From contig NMRA01000131.1 in NCBI GenBank assembly GCA_002633005.1, positions 359,798 through 423,797 on the forward strand: 64,000 nucleotides of DNA, given 5' to 3'. Source of the stretch: Phoronis australis (Eukaryota > Animalia > Phoronida). This document shows, in pieces, positions 39,761-53,746 of the stretch. How positions within the stretch are numbered: position 1 is the first letter of the stretch; the number at the start of each line of letters is the position of its first letter. The position numbers and the translations under genes are program-made. The notes beneath the pieces are model-generated. The model was given only the letters and a program-made list of their open reading frames with translations. It had not been told where the DNA came from and made no database searches.

Positions 39761-42700
39761 TTCGATGATGTGGTTTCAAATATGTTAATATCTGTAATAG
39801 TACAAAGATTGGAAGCTTGCCGTTCGTTTCCACTTGTCATAAAAATTGGTGTACTAGTGGTACAACTTTCGCTCAGCATCAGTAAACCACGGTCGACGGT
39901 CGCTTACAATGTCTGCGCAATGTTGTAAGATTTTAGCTAATATTAAATATTTAGTATGCAGCTCAGGACATTTTACGCGTACAGTTGAGTGCTTCGTGCA
40001 GGGACTTTGGAAAAGGGTGAATTTATGTATTACGAGTGTTGTTCATGATTGGCATACCACAATATACAACAAATAAGGGAATGGTCTCATATTCGGAGCA
40101 CTGCACTTAAATTTTCTACTTAACGCATTATTTCGACTAAAACACCATGTTGTCTATTTTGAATTTCGCAGCACCAGCTGTAAGTTCGGTTTCTGTTTAT
40201 TCAACATTTTCAAATTAAATCTGAGTCGACTTTGCGTTAATTTCCACAGTGTTTTTCAATGTGGTCAAGGCTGACTGGCAGAAATACGCAATACGATTCC
40301 CCTTATATCCGCAGAAACGATGGTCTTATATTCGAATATAAACCCATGGCCTTTCACTCGAGATCGTTACGTTTTGAAATGTTTCCTGCAGAAAGGACAC
40401 GGTTCTCGCACGATGGCCACGTTCTTATACACGGGATTTTACGGTATCGCATGGAAAATCTGGTTCGTGATATTGCATATATTGAAAATGAATTCCTATG
40501 ACTCATCCACTTCTTGCCAGCACAAACAACAGGGTTCAGTACATATGAGATATCGTACTATGAATCTGCCTTTCACCACAAATATCAACTATTTTGACAT
40601 AGACCACTTAACGTTACGATATAGGTCTCAAATAAATCGTGGACTGAATGTCTGTAATAAGTTGTGTGGTAAAACTGGAGATGGTTTCATGGTTTCGAAG
40701 GAACTGCGTGGGCTCTTCAAGTTACCTTGTCACAGCGTGACATTTCATGCACCGAGCACCAGATTCAACCAGAAAAACATTATCTTATCTCAACAATTTC
40801 AAGTGTTGAAAATCTAGACGGTTTTAGAAAAAAAAATATCACACAGATGACTCAAATTCGGAAACATGCACCGTTTATGACAATAGATTTGTACAAAACA
40901 CATAGACCAGAGTTCGCAGTCGTCAACGTTAGCCAAGAGGCCACTATATCAAACAAGATGAAAAATTTAAATTACTACACAAACTATGTAGTTCTCAGTT
41001 AAAAAAATGTCAACGCCGATCTGAATTGCACCTCACAACCCTCGACACGTTTACCCTAGTAGATAAATTAATGACAAAAATTTATACCTTTAATTATGCT
41101 CGTTGATTTCTACAGTCACTGTTTGACAACAACGTAACATGATAGTTTCTTCTAATCGTCTTATCGTAAGCCTTACCTGACAAGATGTCAGTGTTTCATA
41201 ACTAGAAATGTCACTGCTTCGCTCAGATGACGGTGCCACTCCCGTAATAACGAACCCAGCTAGAACTGTTAAAACGCACGGGCGGACTGTTGGGAATATT
41301 TCGTTAAACCAATTCGCGCGTGCGTGAGATCCGGGTAAAATCTCCAAGCACGTGCACAGACAGCCTCTGAGAAAGCACGCCGGTGACAAGAAAGTGTTGA
41401 CAGAGGAACTCCGTAGACATCAGCGAGCTGTTCATGAAGAGCGACAATCCAAAAGCCTTTTATTGTTTTTCTACATTCGACACTCACGATCAAATACGGT
41501 TAATCTGTCTAGTTTCCATGGAAACTGAAATAGCTCGAGTCATTTAATTGGATAGTGGCTGGCGTTATCGGATGTAAAAGCACTGGACAGAAGTTTGTTT
41601 GTCGCAAATTATTAATGCGTACGCCCGGAACTTGTTTGCATAATGATACAAGACGTCGTGACAAGAAGTCACCCTGCCAGTTCTAATTATTCACAGAGGA
41701 CAGTAACGAACAAAACATGTAACAGAACGTCGGCGGTGGATAATGGATTGCTAATTGTCTACTGTAGAAAACCCCTGCTTTTGGATATAATTCAAACACA
41801 TGCGTTTTCGCCAAAATTGAAATATCTGAGTCGCCATGTGCTTTATAAGGTCCGTTTAAGTTACTTGAACACCGAAACGTGATTGAAATTTTACTTTTGT
41901 TTGTGTAGTCTGAAAAACCAATTATCGCATTTAAAAACTATTCGCTTTTTTACAATCATATGATTCTAGATCGCTTATAAGATTTGAAAAACACAAGGCC
42001 GATGATGAACTCACAAAATTATCATTTCAGCTTTTGTTAAGCAATTCGAACTGCTCGAACAGGTCAGATAATAGCATAAAAACAAAACGCTTTTCTCTAT
42101 GTTCATCAAATATGACAATGCCGTATCATATTGAATGTTCAAACTACATTATGTATGAGTATGTATATTTACATTCAATTTACACATTTGGTTTATAACA
42201 ATGACTGATTACACTTTGAAATTAAAAATGTCGACAATAAACGGTAAAAAATGTGTAACATAAAGGTAACTGACGCTTCCTTAAAATACATCCTTCAATA
42301 ACAGTCCTACAACATAATTTTACCCGCTCTAAAACGGTCCAGTTTTCCATTCGTTTCCCACGCTACCACAGGGCTACAGCATAAAACCACATTTCGTGAT
42401 TCTGACCGTAAAAAATAACTGGTTTTAACAGATTGGTGATTCAAAATATAATACATCAACAGCCTTTTTAAAAAAGCTGAGCAAATTTTAATTTGCCAAA
42501 CAAAAATTAACGAGAGCCGGGATTCATAGACACACCGTAGAGAAAAAACGCCAAGACTGAAATTCAAACTCCCGCACGTGGACACCATTTTAGCTTTAGA
42601 CAACTGTTTTAGTCTCCAAGGTTAATTTCTAGCTACAAGGACCTAGTTGTTCTATTCAAAAAAGTTCTTGGCTGGAAAACGGCGCTACCACAACTACACG

Positions 42701-44474
42701 CTGCTAGGACTGAGACGCTTGTGAGGTTGTGCCATAGTTATCCAAAAGGACCAAGTGGGAAGTTTCAAGCAACAAGGCCATGTTCTCTTTGGACAGGCAA
42801 CTACTGGGGAAAACATTTAGCACTCTATGACGACTAAATGATGACAAAAAACAAATGTTCACAAAATAAAGACATCACGGGAAGACACATTAACTGTCAA
42901 CAAAAATGACGAAAATATGAAGACAAAAGGTCTAGAATGAACACATAACAAACTTATATAAAAATTGCATTTAACACATCTAAGTGTCATAAATATTAAT
43001 AAATGTACACACTTATATACAAGGAAGACATGTAAACAAATCGGTATTGTCACCTTGCATAATTTAACAATCTCATAATAATAGGAGTATTATACTGTTA
43101 ACAAATGTTGTACATAATAATTATACAATACCCCAGCTAGTGATATGATTAATGCAACCAATCCAAACAAACAAAATAACAAACACATCATTTAGATATT
43201 TTAAATCTGCCAATTCTGTACACAATTTCAAAATGTACATTGACTGAACAATTAAAATACATATTGCTCATACTTTTAAAAGTGACTAAAACTACCTACC
43301 CCGATCATTTATTCTGAATTGGTTAAACTAATAAACAATGACATTTAGCATTTCTTGACTTTGGGCAATCTTCTAAATGAGACATACTGAAACTTGCCAG
43401 AAAATGATAAAATGTGTCTTTTATTTACACCAGAAAGTGACACTTCCTTTATGGTAGCATACCCAGTTTCAAAACCTTTAGCTTTCATATTTTAATGACC
43501 TCGTTTGTTCAAGAAACACAAAAATGTCTCCTAATTTTCAAGTAAGTGGCCCATATTTTTGTGTATATGGCTGAGGTTTTCATCTTTTCACCTTAGGTCC
43601 TGAATAGTTAATACAAACAAATGATCTGCTACCCAACACTTAAACAGTCACAGTGAGTAGATCATGGTTATAATATTGATAATAGTGATAACAATAACAA
43701 TGTTTCATTAGTTCATATAATAATCACAGTGAACATCAAGTCGATGTGGGATCATATGAAATAGGTCACAATGATACCCTGATCTCATCGCCTCACACAA
43801 CAACTTTCATAACCAAATAACAATGCCAAGCTTTCAACTTAAAGACACCTACAGGAAAACAGAAAAAACACCATAATTACCAGATGAATCAAATTTCTAA
43901 TTAATATGCCAACAGCGTCTTCTTTGAGCCAGGCCACAACAATGAACAAGCACTTTTTTTATCTAACATAAATCCCATGGGTTTTTAATTCAGTACAGAT
44001 CATTTTTTCCTCAAATTCAGCATAAGCCTTTACCTGAAAAGTGTTTCTTTATTGCAAAGTTCAAGAGAATTTTAAAAGGGATCTTAGTTTGTTCAACCCA
44101 GGTAGTTCAGATTTACTGTGGACACAAGTTCAAATGACACTCTGGATGGGTGTAACTTATGAGAACTCTACCAGCTTCAAAACAAAATCCAAATCCACCA
44201 AAATAATCATCAAGACCCATGCAAATGCACAATTCACAACACTAACTACACCAATGTTATGACTACATTTTTTGATAAGAACAATTTCAAAGACAAAACC
44301 TGATGACTACCAATCAGTAACAAATGAACCCGACTGACTATATTCTACAGTGCCCTCTTATGGGCGACATAAACATCGCCCAAATAAATCCATCATCTTG
44401 CCACTACCCTTAATTGACATTGCTACTGTAAGTTTGTTGCTGTTATTTGGTGATCGAAACCTGTATCTTTAACG

Positions 44475-45601
44475 CTATGCAACCACGTCACTTTCTGGGT
44501 GAAGTTCAATTGTTTTTGCATTGTCACCAGGTGGCGTGCTACTCTTTTCAGAAGCACCCTCTGAGTAACTCGGAGGTTTCTCATCTGACACCGACGGCGA
44601 GTGTACTTGTATGTCAACTTGGGCATCATCGACCACAACTTGTGGTTGGCGTGTCTCCCGTCTCTGCCGATTAGGATTAGCCAAATAAAGGCGCCAGTTC
44701 TTCTGAATAATGCGTGCACACCACGTTTCTCGTTGCATCTGCTTAAGCGAGGTCACGGGGTCGTATAGTTCTCCACGCTCCTCTCTTGCCATGTCACCCA
44801 TTTCATTTGATTCAATATCGACTGTTCCTAAGACATTCTTCGACAATGCATCTAGAATGTCCTTGCAGTGCACTCGTCCCTCAGTGCACACGGGCATGTC
44901 AATCCGAACCAGTGCAAGCCAGTTTGGTGCTATAATTTTTAATGGATCATCCAAGCTATTGACAAGAGCACTCAGCTTGGACACATGAATGTAACCAGTT
45001 GCCTTTGGGTCGTACTTCTCCCATTTCTCATAGTAAAGGTCGAAGTCTTCCTGTGTCAACCCCTGCTGTACATCCTCTGTGGCTTGACTGAAGTTTTCAA
45101 GGATGACAGCGATATACATGTTAATGACTACCATGAAGGTAAAGAGTAAATATAAGACCAGGTAGCCCACTGCCACCGCAGGGTTGCCGCAGTTCCCTTC
45201 CTCATTGCTGCAGCTGTCCTCAGGGTGAATAGGGTCCTCCTCCTGCGTAAGTGCTGTCAACACTTCGGCCCAGCCTGCCGACGTCGAGATCTGAAACAGT
45301 GCTATCATACTGCGGAAGAATGTGGTGAAGTTGATGACCTCGTCAACCCCGGATTTGAACCTGACATTCTTGAAGAAGGACATGCCGAAAGTGGCGAAGA
45401 TAAACATGACGAGGACGAGAAGAAGGGCGATGTTGAAGAGGGCAGGGATGGAGACCATGAGTGAGAAGAGTAACGTACGGATACCCTTGGCAGACTTGAC
45501 CAGACGCAGGATACGTGTGACACGAATAACACGAAGTACACGAAGCATGGTTGGTGAGACTGGAAGGGCATCGGCAATGTCAGTGTCTGCCAGGCCCATG
45601 A
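44475..45601 (-). CDS. Gene B terminal coding exon: DIV S4-S6, EF-hand-like domain, IQ motif, PY motif, stop
   Basis: ORF track 44475..45620; acceptor ccattttcag|; S4 LRVLRVIRVTRILRLVKSAKGIRTLL; FQISTSAGW; INMYIAVILENF. Confidence 0.97.
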
Positions 45602-46877
45602 CTGAAAATGGAGCAGACAAAGGTAGTATGGGGGAGTGGACAGTGGTCAGTTACGTCTAGGGGAGTGGACAGTGGTCTGTAAAGTATAGTGGAGTCAGCA
45701 AGCACATCTCATTTTCTTACCAACTGGTGATTAAATTGAATACACCACAACAGAGTTCATCCAGTACACTCCAGTGCACTAAGAATGTCTGCTATTCTGC
45801 AAGCAAGGCTATGTGAGCTCTGTGTGAAATCTTGTATAATGTAGCCCCAAAAGACTATGTTGGCCAAGTTTGAAAAAGGTAATGCATTTTCAGCAATGTT
45901 AATCTAGCCACTAAGGATTCTTCAAGCTCAATGCATTTATTGCAATACCTATGAGTTATTCTAGTGTAACAATTTTTGGGAAAATGAGCAAAGTGAAACC
46001 TTTTGGTTTCATCATGAAACTTGTAGAAATGGTCCACAAATTTTGATTCAATACTCTGGCAATAATCTGGCGCTTAATTTGTTTACTCATTTAAATTCAA
46101 AGCAACAAAACATATAGCATTTACACTTATATCAACCCAACACCATTTACATCACAGTAAACCGTTTGTTTACATGTATGCAACACGCTAATGGATCGCA
46201 AATAATGTCCCATTCACAAAAGTGCGACCTATCAACTCCATCGCAACTCCCCTTACCTGTCTCATTAACTTCTCTCTGGGACTAAGCATCAGAAGGAATA
46301 AGAGATTTTCCCAGTGAATATGTGTGATAAAGGTTTGACTGTAGCATTCAAGACGATCTAACCTTTCCCATTGCAGAAGACTTGCACAAATCCACAGTTT
46401 AATCCACCTATTTTGAGAGGAATTGCGATGGCTGTTTAAGTCCAAGAGTTGCACTTTCCCACTGATCAAAGCTCCCAAAACAGGGGAGCTGCGATGTTGA
46501 TGGGAAATTGATATAATGGATCCCACATTTTGAAAACCAGTTTTCTCCACTGAATAATGGCCATCAAACTGGTTCTCAAAATCCCAGAACCTGAAACTTG
46601 CCGAAACTGACATGGCAGACTTGTATGCCATTGTTTCGAAACGGCATTTGATAAAGAGATGTGGTTTCAAAAACAAAATCATCAACACAGGAGACACAGC
46701 ATTAGATGCAAAGCAAAATATCAAACAAAATTCATGAGGGTTGACATGGTTTAGGAAATATAGTGTCATATGTGGGTTGTCCAACTGGACACCAGATCAA
46801 CACGACAATGTGCACCTACCTCAGTCTGTGTATTAAGTGAACCCAAAGAATCAGAATCACGTGACTTCGGCACTCAC

Positions 46878-47148
46878 CTAGGAGAGAGATGACCACGACG
46901 ACAAAGTCGAAGACATTCCACGCAACCTTGAAGTAGTGCCAACGTAGGGCAAACAGCTTGAGAACACATTCGGTGGTGAAGATAGAGATGAAGATCAGGT
47001 TGATGACTGTTAGGTATTCACTAAACTCCTCCGTTTGTTGCGCGTGCTCCATACACATGGTGACCATGTTCAGCATAATACACGTCATGATGGCAATGTC
47101 AAATTTCTGCGATGCTGTGACATCGAACACAACCCGTTGTATGTAGAA
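46878..47148 (-). CDS. Gene B exon, DIV S1-S3 (FYIQRVVFD...WNVFDFVVVVISLL)
   Basis: ORF track 46816..47172; acceptor ctctccag|, donor G|GTGAGT; 271 nt. Confidence 0.96.
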
Positions 47149-48129
47149 CTGGAGAGGAGTAGTAAAGGCCACAACATTAGTGCTGCGGGAGTCTTAATCT
47201 AAAAATCACCTACTGTACAATTATTTTCAGCCAATTTTAACGCAGTATGGTGAAATTTTGTTTTGCCAAAATTGTCCACTAAAACAAAGATGCTGATAAT
47301 GAATGCTCCACTTATTTTGCACAAAAAATAAAATATTGCCAAAATGTTCAGTTTTCCATTTTTCAAAGGCTGGTTGTTTTGTGCAAATACTATGATTTTC
47401 AGCAATCCATGCTTGTAACAGAATAAAATGTTCTTAACCTTTACATCTGCACAAACTTGATTGAAACTACAACTGTACTTTTATATATATACACTAACTC
47501 ATACTCTCTGTACATTTTGTGATGCTGCGGTATGCAGTTGTAAAGCAAATCGCCAAAATGAATACACATTACAAACAAAAAACTTAAAAAAAGAGCAGCT
47601 AGAACAGGAATTGTGAAGAGAGCATGATTGAGCGAAAACCAAGCTGTCCACAAGAAAGTAGTCATGTTGTCAATCAAGTTCACATAAATGAAGGGAGAAA
47701 TTAAATAACATAGAGTTTCATTCATTGGCCATATTGTGTGCTAAGTAAGTGAGGACTTCTCGTAACACAATTTTAGCCTCAGCCTGATTAGCACTACGTA
47801 GGTGTCATAAAACAGTATTTGGGAAAATAACCATGATTTGCAGAAAGGTGATCAGCCTTAGAAAATATTGAAAAGTGACAATTTCAGCAATTATTTTTCA
47901 GTGAAATAAGTAGAAAATTACCATACCCCAATGTTTTCCTAGTACTTAATAGCTGTAATGCATTTAAAAATAATGTCACAGATTCTTTTTATGCATACGA
48001 GGACATTTGAATTAGATACCAGTGGACTGAACTTTTTATTTTCATTCATTTTTATTCACTTTCAGAGTCCTTTATTCTTCGACACTCTTCTCAGCTTGAG
48101 AAAAATTGACTGATAGTCTTGAGCCAGCC

Positions 48130-48605
48130 AAGGGTGAGTCGGGTGCGATTCATAAGCTAGTCAGGTGCGAGTGACTGGCCACATATGTAGCAGTCACTGT
48201 GCCAGTTAGGTACCAGTCAACGACCACACGGGGGCCAGTCAGGTGCCACTAATGGGTCATTCAGGTGCCAGTCAGGGGCCACTCCGGTGCTGGTTAGGTA
48301 CCAGTCAGATGCCAGCCAGGGGCCACTCTGGTGCCAGTCATAGGCCAGTTTGGTGCCAGACAGGGGCCAGTCAGAAGCCACTCAGGAGCCAGCGTGAGCC
48401 AGAAAGGTGCCAGTCTGGGGCCAGTCAAGGATTAGTCAGGGGCCAGTCAGATGCCAGTCAAAAAAAGAACCAGTCAGGGGCCAGTCAGGGTCCATTCAAA
48501 AAACAAACCAGTCAGAGGCCAGTCAGTGACCAGTCCGGTGACAGTCAGGTGCCAGTTAGGGGCCAGTCAGGGGCCAGACAGGGGTCAGACAGGGGCCAGT
48601 CAGTT
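48130..48605. repeat. Degenerate 12-bp minisatellite (GGGCCAGTCAGG)n
   Basis: Directly visible; explains the repetitive ORF 48243..48719. Confidence 0.9.
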
Positions 48606-48859
48606 TCCAGTGTTCTTCCACATTTGCTTTTCTCAATGACTGGATGCAACTTTGTTCTTATTTTTTTGGGTTATTTTCATATCCACACAATGAAGACCAG
48701 ACACTTTTCATCAAAATAATGTTTTTAAAATGTTCTATTTTGACATGAGGAGCTGATTTCATGAAAAACCTCAAAGGATGCGCATAAGAAAATCGAAATC
48801 ATAATTTAAACTTTTGAGATTTCATATTGAAAATTCATACCAAACAAAAGTTGGTCAAG

Positions 48860-51800
48860 TTATTGATACCATTGGTAAGCTAGGAATGCAGGGCTCTCCT
48901 TTTCTACCTCAAATGATCATGGGACCCCATTAGCAGATTGGTACTAAAAATGAAAAAAGAGCAACGCGGAGCGTTGAAATGCGCCCACGAATGCACTGCA
49001 AACGATGTGCCTCTAGGAGTGTTTATTTGGAACATAAAAATGGCCATTAAATGGCACAAAATACGTCGAATCCATCCAAAAACTGTTGTGTCATCAAAAC
49101 TAGTTACCAAATTTCATAAAAATTCGTCAGGGAACTTCTGAGAAACCGAAGAAACGAAAAAATGATGTTACCACTAGGAGGTTATAAGCGCCAAAAAACA
49201 TAACTGCTACTAAGAGGCACCACAGTAGATGACGTCATCGGAAAATCATTGTCAGACGTCCTCCTCACATTAGGAACATACATGCCAATTTCCAAATCCA
49301 TCCTTAGAGTAAATTGGGAGACAGAAAGGCAGACGCCAACTAACAGAAATCGAAAACAGTAAAAATGGCCACTGGGTGGCACAAAATGCCTCGAATTCAA
49401 CCGAGAACCAGACAATAGCGTCTCCTCACTAATAGATGCCTATCTGACAAATTTTATGAAAATCCGTTGGCGACGTTTGAAGATACAGTCTCAGGTAAAC
49501 GTAAAAATCCAAAATTGCCACTACAAGGCACCATGGTAGTCCGATCCGTTCGAAAGTCGTCGTCCTGTGTTGCCAACTTCATATAAATACACCAGCAAAA
49601 TTAAGTAAAGATCCTGTAGAGCATTTAGGAGATACAGCCATAAATGTTCTGAAGTGAAGGCCTCCGAGGAGTGTGAACCATTAGCTTATGCTGATGTTGA
49701 AAACACAACTACACCACATCTCGTGGAGTTGGCTCTAAAGTCTTTCAAACCACGGAAGTCGCCAGGACTAGACATGATATATCCTATAATGCTGCAAGAG
49801 GCTGGAATACCATTATTCCAAATACTCACAGAGACCTACAAAGCCAGTCTTAGATTAGGTTATATCCCCAAGACTCAGACTGAGGCTAGGGTAGTCTTCA
49901 TTCCTAAACCAGGGAAGAACTCGTACCTTTTGGCTGAATCATTTAGGCCTATAACCTTAAAATCCTTCTTTCTCAAAGGCCTGGAAAGGCTCATTCTGTG
50001 GCATCTTGATAAACAAGGCATACAGAACAAACTTCAGAACAACCACTATGCTTATAGGCCAGGTTTCTCCAGAGACTGCTCTACATCATCTGGTTGCTAG
50101 CTCTGGAAAGGGCCGTTTTAATAAAAAATTTGCCCTCTGTGCCTTCATTGATCTTGTTGGTGCTTTCAGTAATATTAAGCATGACACGGTCCAAGTTGCA
50201 CTAAACCAAAGTGAATAGGTGTCTTAAAAAGTGGATTATTAAAATGCTCAATCTGTGACTGCTTGTCCAGAGGATGTGAGTGTGGCGGTTCGTATCACCA
50301 GGGGAACACCTCAGGGTGTCTTACCCACCCTCTTTAACGTGGTTATGGATGGTCTGCTTCAACAATTATCTACTGACATGGGTCCAAGATTGCATGTTCA
50401 AGCCTATGCAGATGATATTGTTCTCAATGTGTCTAGCATTGATCTTGACACATGTCGCTATCTTGCTCAAAGAGCACTGAATACAACAGCCACATGGGCT
50501 CAGTCAGTTGCCTTAGAAATTAGTGGCAGCAAAACAAACTTAAGGTGATTATGTTCACCTGGAAGCTTAAATGGTCAGTGCGACCTTTAATGCTGAATGG
50601 TAAACATCTTGACCTTGTAGACAAGGTGACTTATCTAAGTGTCATTTTACACCATCATTTTTCCTGGACCCCACATATTACAGAAAACATCTCAAAAGCC
50701 AAAAATGCACGGGTGAGATGCAGTCATGTGGTAGGTAAAACTTGGGGAATGTCTCCCAGGAATATGTTCTGGATTTATACTGCTGTTATCCGACCTATGA
50801 TGTCCTATGATGCGTCACTATGGGTAACAGCATTAAAACAATTACAATTATCAACAAACTTAATCAGCTGCAACATCTAGCTTGTTTGTGCATAACCTCA
50901 GAAATGCCTTCTGCAGTCCCAGAAATGCTAATCGGTCTACCACCACTGTACATTTACCTTGAGGGTGAAGCTGCATGTGCTGCACTTCGTCTCAAATATA
51001 ATGGTCAGTGGGTGAAAACTAACATCCCTGAACTCGTTACACACAGAAGCGAAAGGAATGTTTGCAATAAGCTAATGGCCAAGACTGGGCAACTATGGAA
51101 CATGCCTAGTGATGTCCAGATCACAGCTTTCAATTATTCAAACAATTTCTTCACGGAAAGTAGTGATGGATGGCCTACCGCAGAACACAAAAATGAGGTG
51201 GTTTGTTATACAGATGGCTCTAAACTGGAAAATGGCCATACAGGTGCTGGAGCTTATCTTCCAAGCCTTCCTGTTGCAGATCCAGAAAGCTGGGTATCGC
51301 TAGGCAATCTTGCCACGGTGTTCCAGGCCATTGCAATTAATAGAGCTGCTCAACTGGCACGACAACACTGAGCCGGGAAATCAGCCAATTACCATCTTTT
51401 CAGATAGCCATGCAGCAATAAAAGCCATAAAGAAACCCAGGGTCAATTCTCGTTGTAATACTTGTATTAATGAGCTTAACAAACTTGCAATTGAAAGAAC
51501 CATCAATATACACTGGGTCAGGGCCCATGTGGGAATTGATGGTAATGAGAATGCAGGCAGACTCGCAAAGATAGGAGCAAGCATTCTACATTGTGTGCCT
51601 GAACCTGCTATCCTGGTATCTTACGGATGCTGCAGGATGAGGATACGCAACTGGGCACATACACAGTCAGCAGCCCAGTGGGCATCACTTATTTCCTGCA
51701 GAGAGACCAAGGAGAATTTTCCCAACGTGATCAAACCAAAAGGTTCAAAAAGCCTTCTGAGTGTAGATAGATAGGGCACAAGACACGTCATTCAAATTTT

Positions 51801-52680
51801 GACGGGCCACTGCAAACTAGTTTGACACAGACACATTACTGGGTATATGGGGAGCCCAGTGTGTCCTGGGTGTGGTACTGAATGTAGAATCCCCTAAACA
51901 CGTGGTAGAGTCTAGCCCAGCATTTTATAGGCTAAGGAGCAACCTACTGGATGGCACTGTTACATGCCTACAACATATAGTGCATGGCAACAAATGGAAA
52001 CGTCTGTCCGTTTTCTTAAAGGAGACTGACAGACTTGAAAACTTCCTCCACGAAGAACCAAAATGGGGCTCTCGTGCTTTAGCTCAGGTGTTTTGTGCAA
52101 TGGGCCCAACCATGAGGCCTGCACAGGTCAGGCCACCTACACTGTTTTTTTTACAGCCATCAACACAAAAACAAACAAAACTGGCACTAGTAGGTGCCAC
52201 AGTAGGTGGAGTCATTGGAAAATCATCGTCAGCTGTCTTCTTCACAGCAAAAACATATATGCCAATTTTCAAAATCATCCCTTGAGCTGTTTGGTTGATA
52301 GAAGGGCGGACGCTTAAAAACAGATGCGAAAACAGTAAAAATGGCCACTAGGTGGCACAGAGTAGCTCGAATCCGTCCGAAAATGGGAGGATGACATCAT
52401 CTCACTATTAGATGCCTAACTGCCAAATGTTATGAAAATCTGTTGAGGACCTCCGAAGATACAGACAGGTAAGTGAAAAAAACTAAAATTGCCACTAGGG
52501 GGCACACTGGTGGTCGGAGATGTCCGAACTGCGTCATCATCTGCTGTCAGCTTTATAGAAACACATCTGCAAAATCTCATCAAGTCATGTGAGGAGTTTA
52601 GGAGAATTACAGCTGCAGACACCGGACACCCAGACAGAGATGACAGCAATGTGCAACCACACATAAATATGTCGGCGCAC
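48860..52680. repeat. Degenerate tandem array of about 150-bp units (repeat-bearing non-autonomous element), split by the LINE
   Basis: Recurring AAAATGGCCACTAGGTGGCAC...AAATTT(C/T)ATGAAAATC units on both sides of the LINE (e.g. 49350-49500 vs 52328-52470). Confidence 0.7.
49642..52151 (+). mobile_element. 5'-truncated, frameshifted non-LTR retrotransposon (RT + RNase H; LOA/Lian-like, I group) in a gene B intron
   Basis: Motifs KSPGLD, VVFIPKPGK, FRPITL, GTPQG, QAYADD, YTDGSK, IFSDS and WVRAHVGIDGNE spread across broken ORFs; 9-bp TSD TACAGCCAT at 49633-49641 and 52152-52160. Confidence 0.92.
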
Positions 52681-52896
52681 AAAAATCAACTTCTACAGGC
52701 TATCTGCTTTCAAAATATATATACTTTTGCAGAGTTAAATACTTTTGTAAACATTTAGATAAATGCACTAATAAGGCTTCGTAAACCTTAATCATCTGCT
52801 TAATCAGAAAAGCTCAAGAGTAATCTTTGCTGGTAAACATTTCTTAGGGCAAGTCATGGCTTTTTAAATTTTCTGTTGTGAGGAACCATAACCAAC

Positions 52897-53007
52897 CTTG
52901 GGCCTAGGTATCGCTTTCTGTGGTGCACCACTCTGCATTTTCTTCATAGCTGCGTAATACTTCTTTTGATCCTCAGTCATGAACATCTCCAGTGAACCCC
53001 CTCCTGC
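52897..53007 (-). CDS. Gene B exon, DIII-DIV linker/inactivation gate ([37 protein letters not shown])
   Basis: Read manually (not in the ORF track); [11 protein letters not shown] motif as in insect para; donor AAG|GTTGGT, phase 0. Confidence 0.95.
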
Positions 53008-53585
53008 GTAAATAAACAACAGGTATGTTAACATCCTCAAAGAGCAGACAGAAGGCCACTAAATAAAAGGCAAACAATATTTTGTTGAAAACATGTTTAA
53101 CATCAGGCAATAAAATCCTTTGGATTTAAATTGGGTTAAAATTCCTTCATCAAACCTAAGTTTCCTGAAGAAGTAATAAATTTGAGCTGAACTTCTACAA
53201 TACAATATTTTTCTTTTAGCAGATGGGTGAAAATGTTTACCAGTATTCATAGAATGTCAAAATCACTGAAGACAAAAGGGTCTTCCCTTGAACCACACTC
53301 ACAACCATAATATGTATAACAAGATAGATTGTTCTTTGAAACACTGCACACATAATTTAATTGTCTGTGTTCCTTCATTCCTATCCAAAGACAGATAGAG
53401 CAAGTGCAAATAATGTTCTATATTCAACGAAGTTGGGACTGCAATATTCAGTTTAGCAAAGCGCCATCTGGTGGTGCCTTGAATACAGTACCAATGTCAC
53501 AACAAACCTAACACCGTTAGTCATTTTTCGTAGAACATAAAAAGAAATGTAGTCCAATCCCCATAGATACATCCTTATCGCACTA

Positions 53586-53746
53586 CAGTCGAACCTTTAA
53601 CAATGAATGTACTTCATAACATTCCATCATTTAAAATGTTCAACTGTATTGTAGACACAGGTAGATTTGGATATAAGTGAATAGCATTTAAAACACTGAC
53701 GAATTTAGAAACCTGCTGGGAGGGCTCATTGAAACAGGTTCAACTG
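53586..53746. mobile_element. Tc1/mariner-type MITE
   Basis: TA|CAGTCGAACCT ... AGGTTCAACTG|TA. Confidence 0.7.

Noticed and set aside
40259-41500. An intervening gene between the two Nav genes
   Set aside because: Short ORFs without recognisable domains or a consistent splice chain; LRRHQRAVH at about 41410 lacks the upstream cysteines of a C2H2 finger.
44423-45660. Overlapping alternative-frame and antisense ORFs on the terminal exon
   Set aside because: Expected shadows of a long GC-richer coding exon.
46188-46784. 198-aa minus-strand ORF in the last gene B intron
   Set aside because: Flanking exons already join in phase and no Nav homology is visible; a faint Crypton-like resemblance is too weak to call.
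48243-48719. 158-aa repetitive ORF
   Set aside because: Product of the 12-bp minisatellite.
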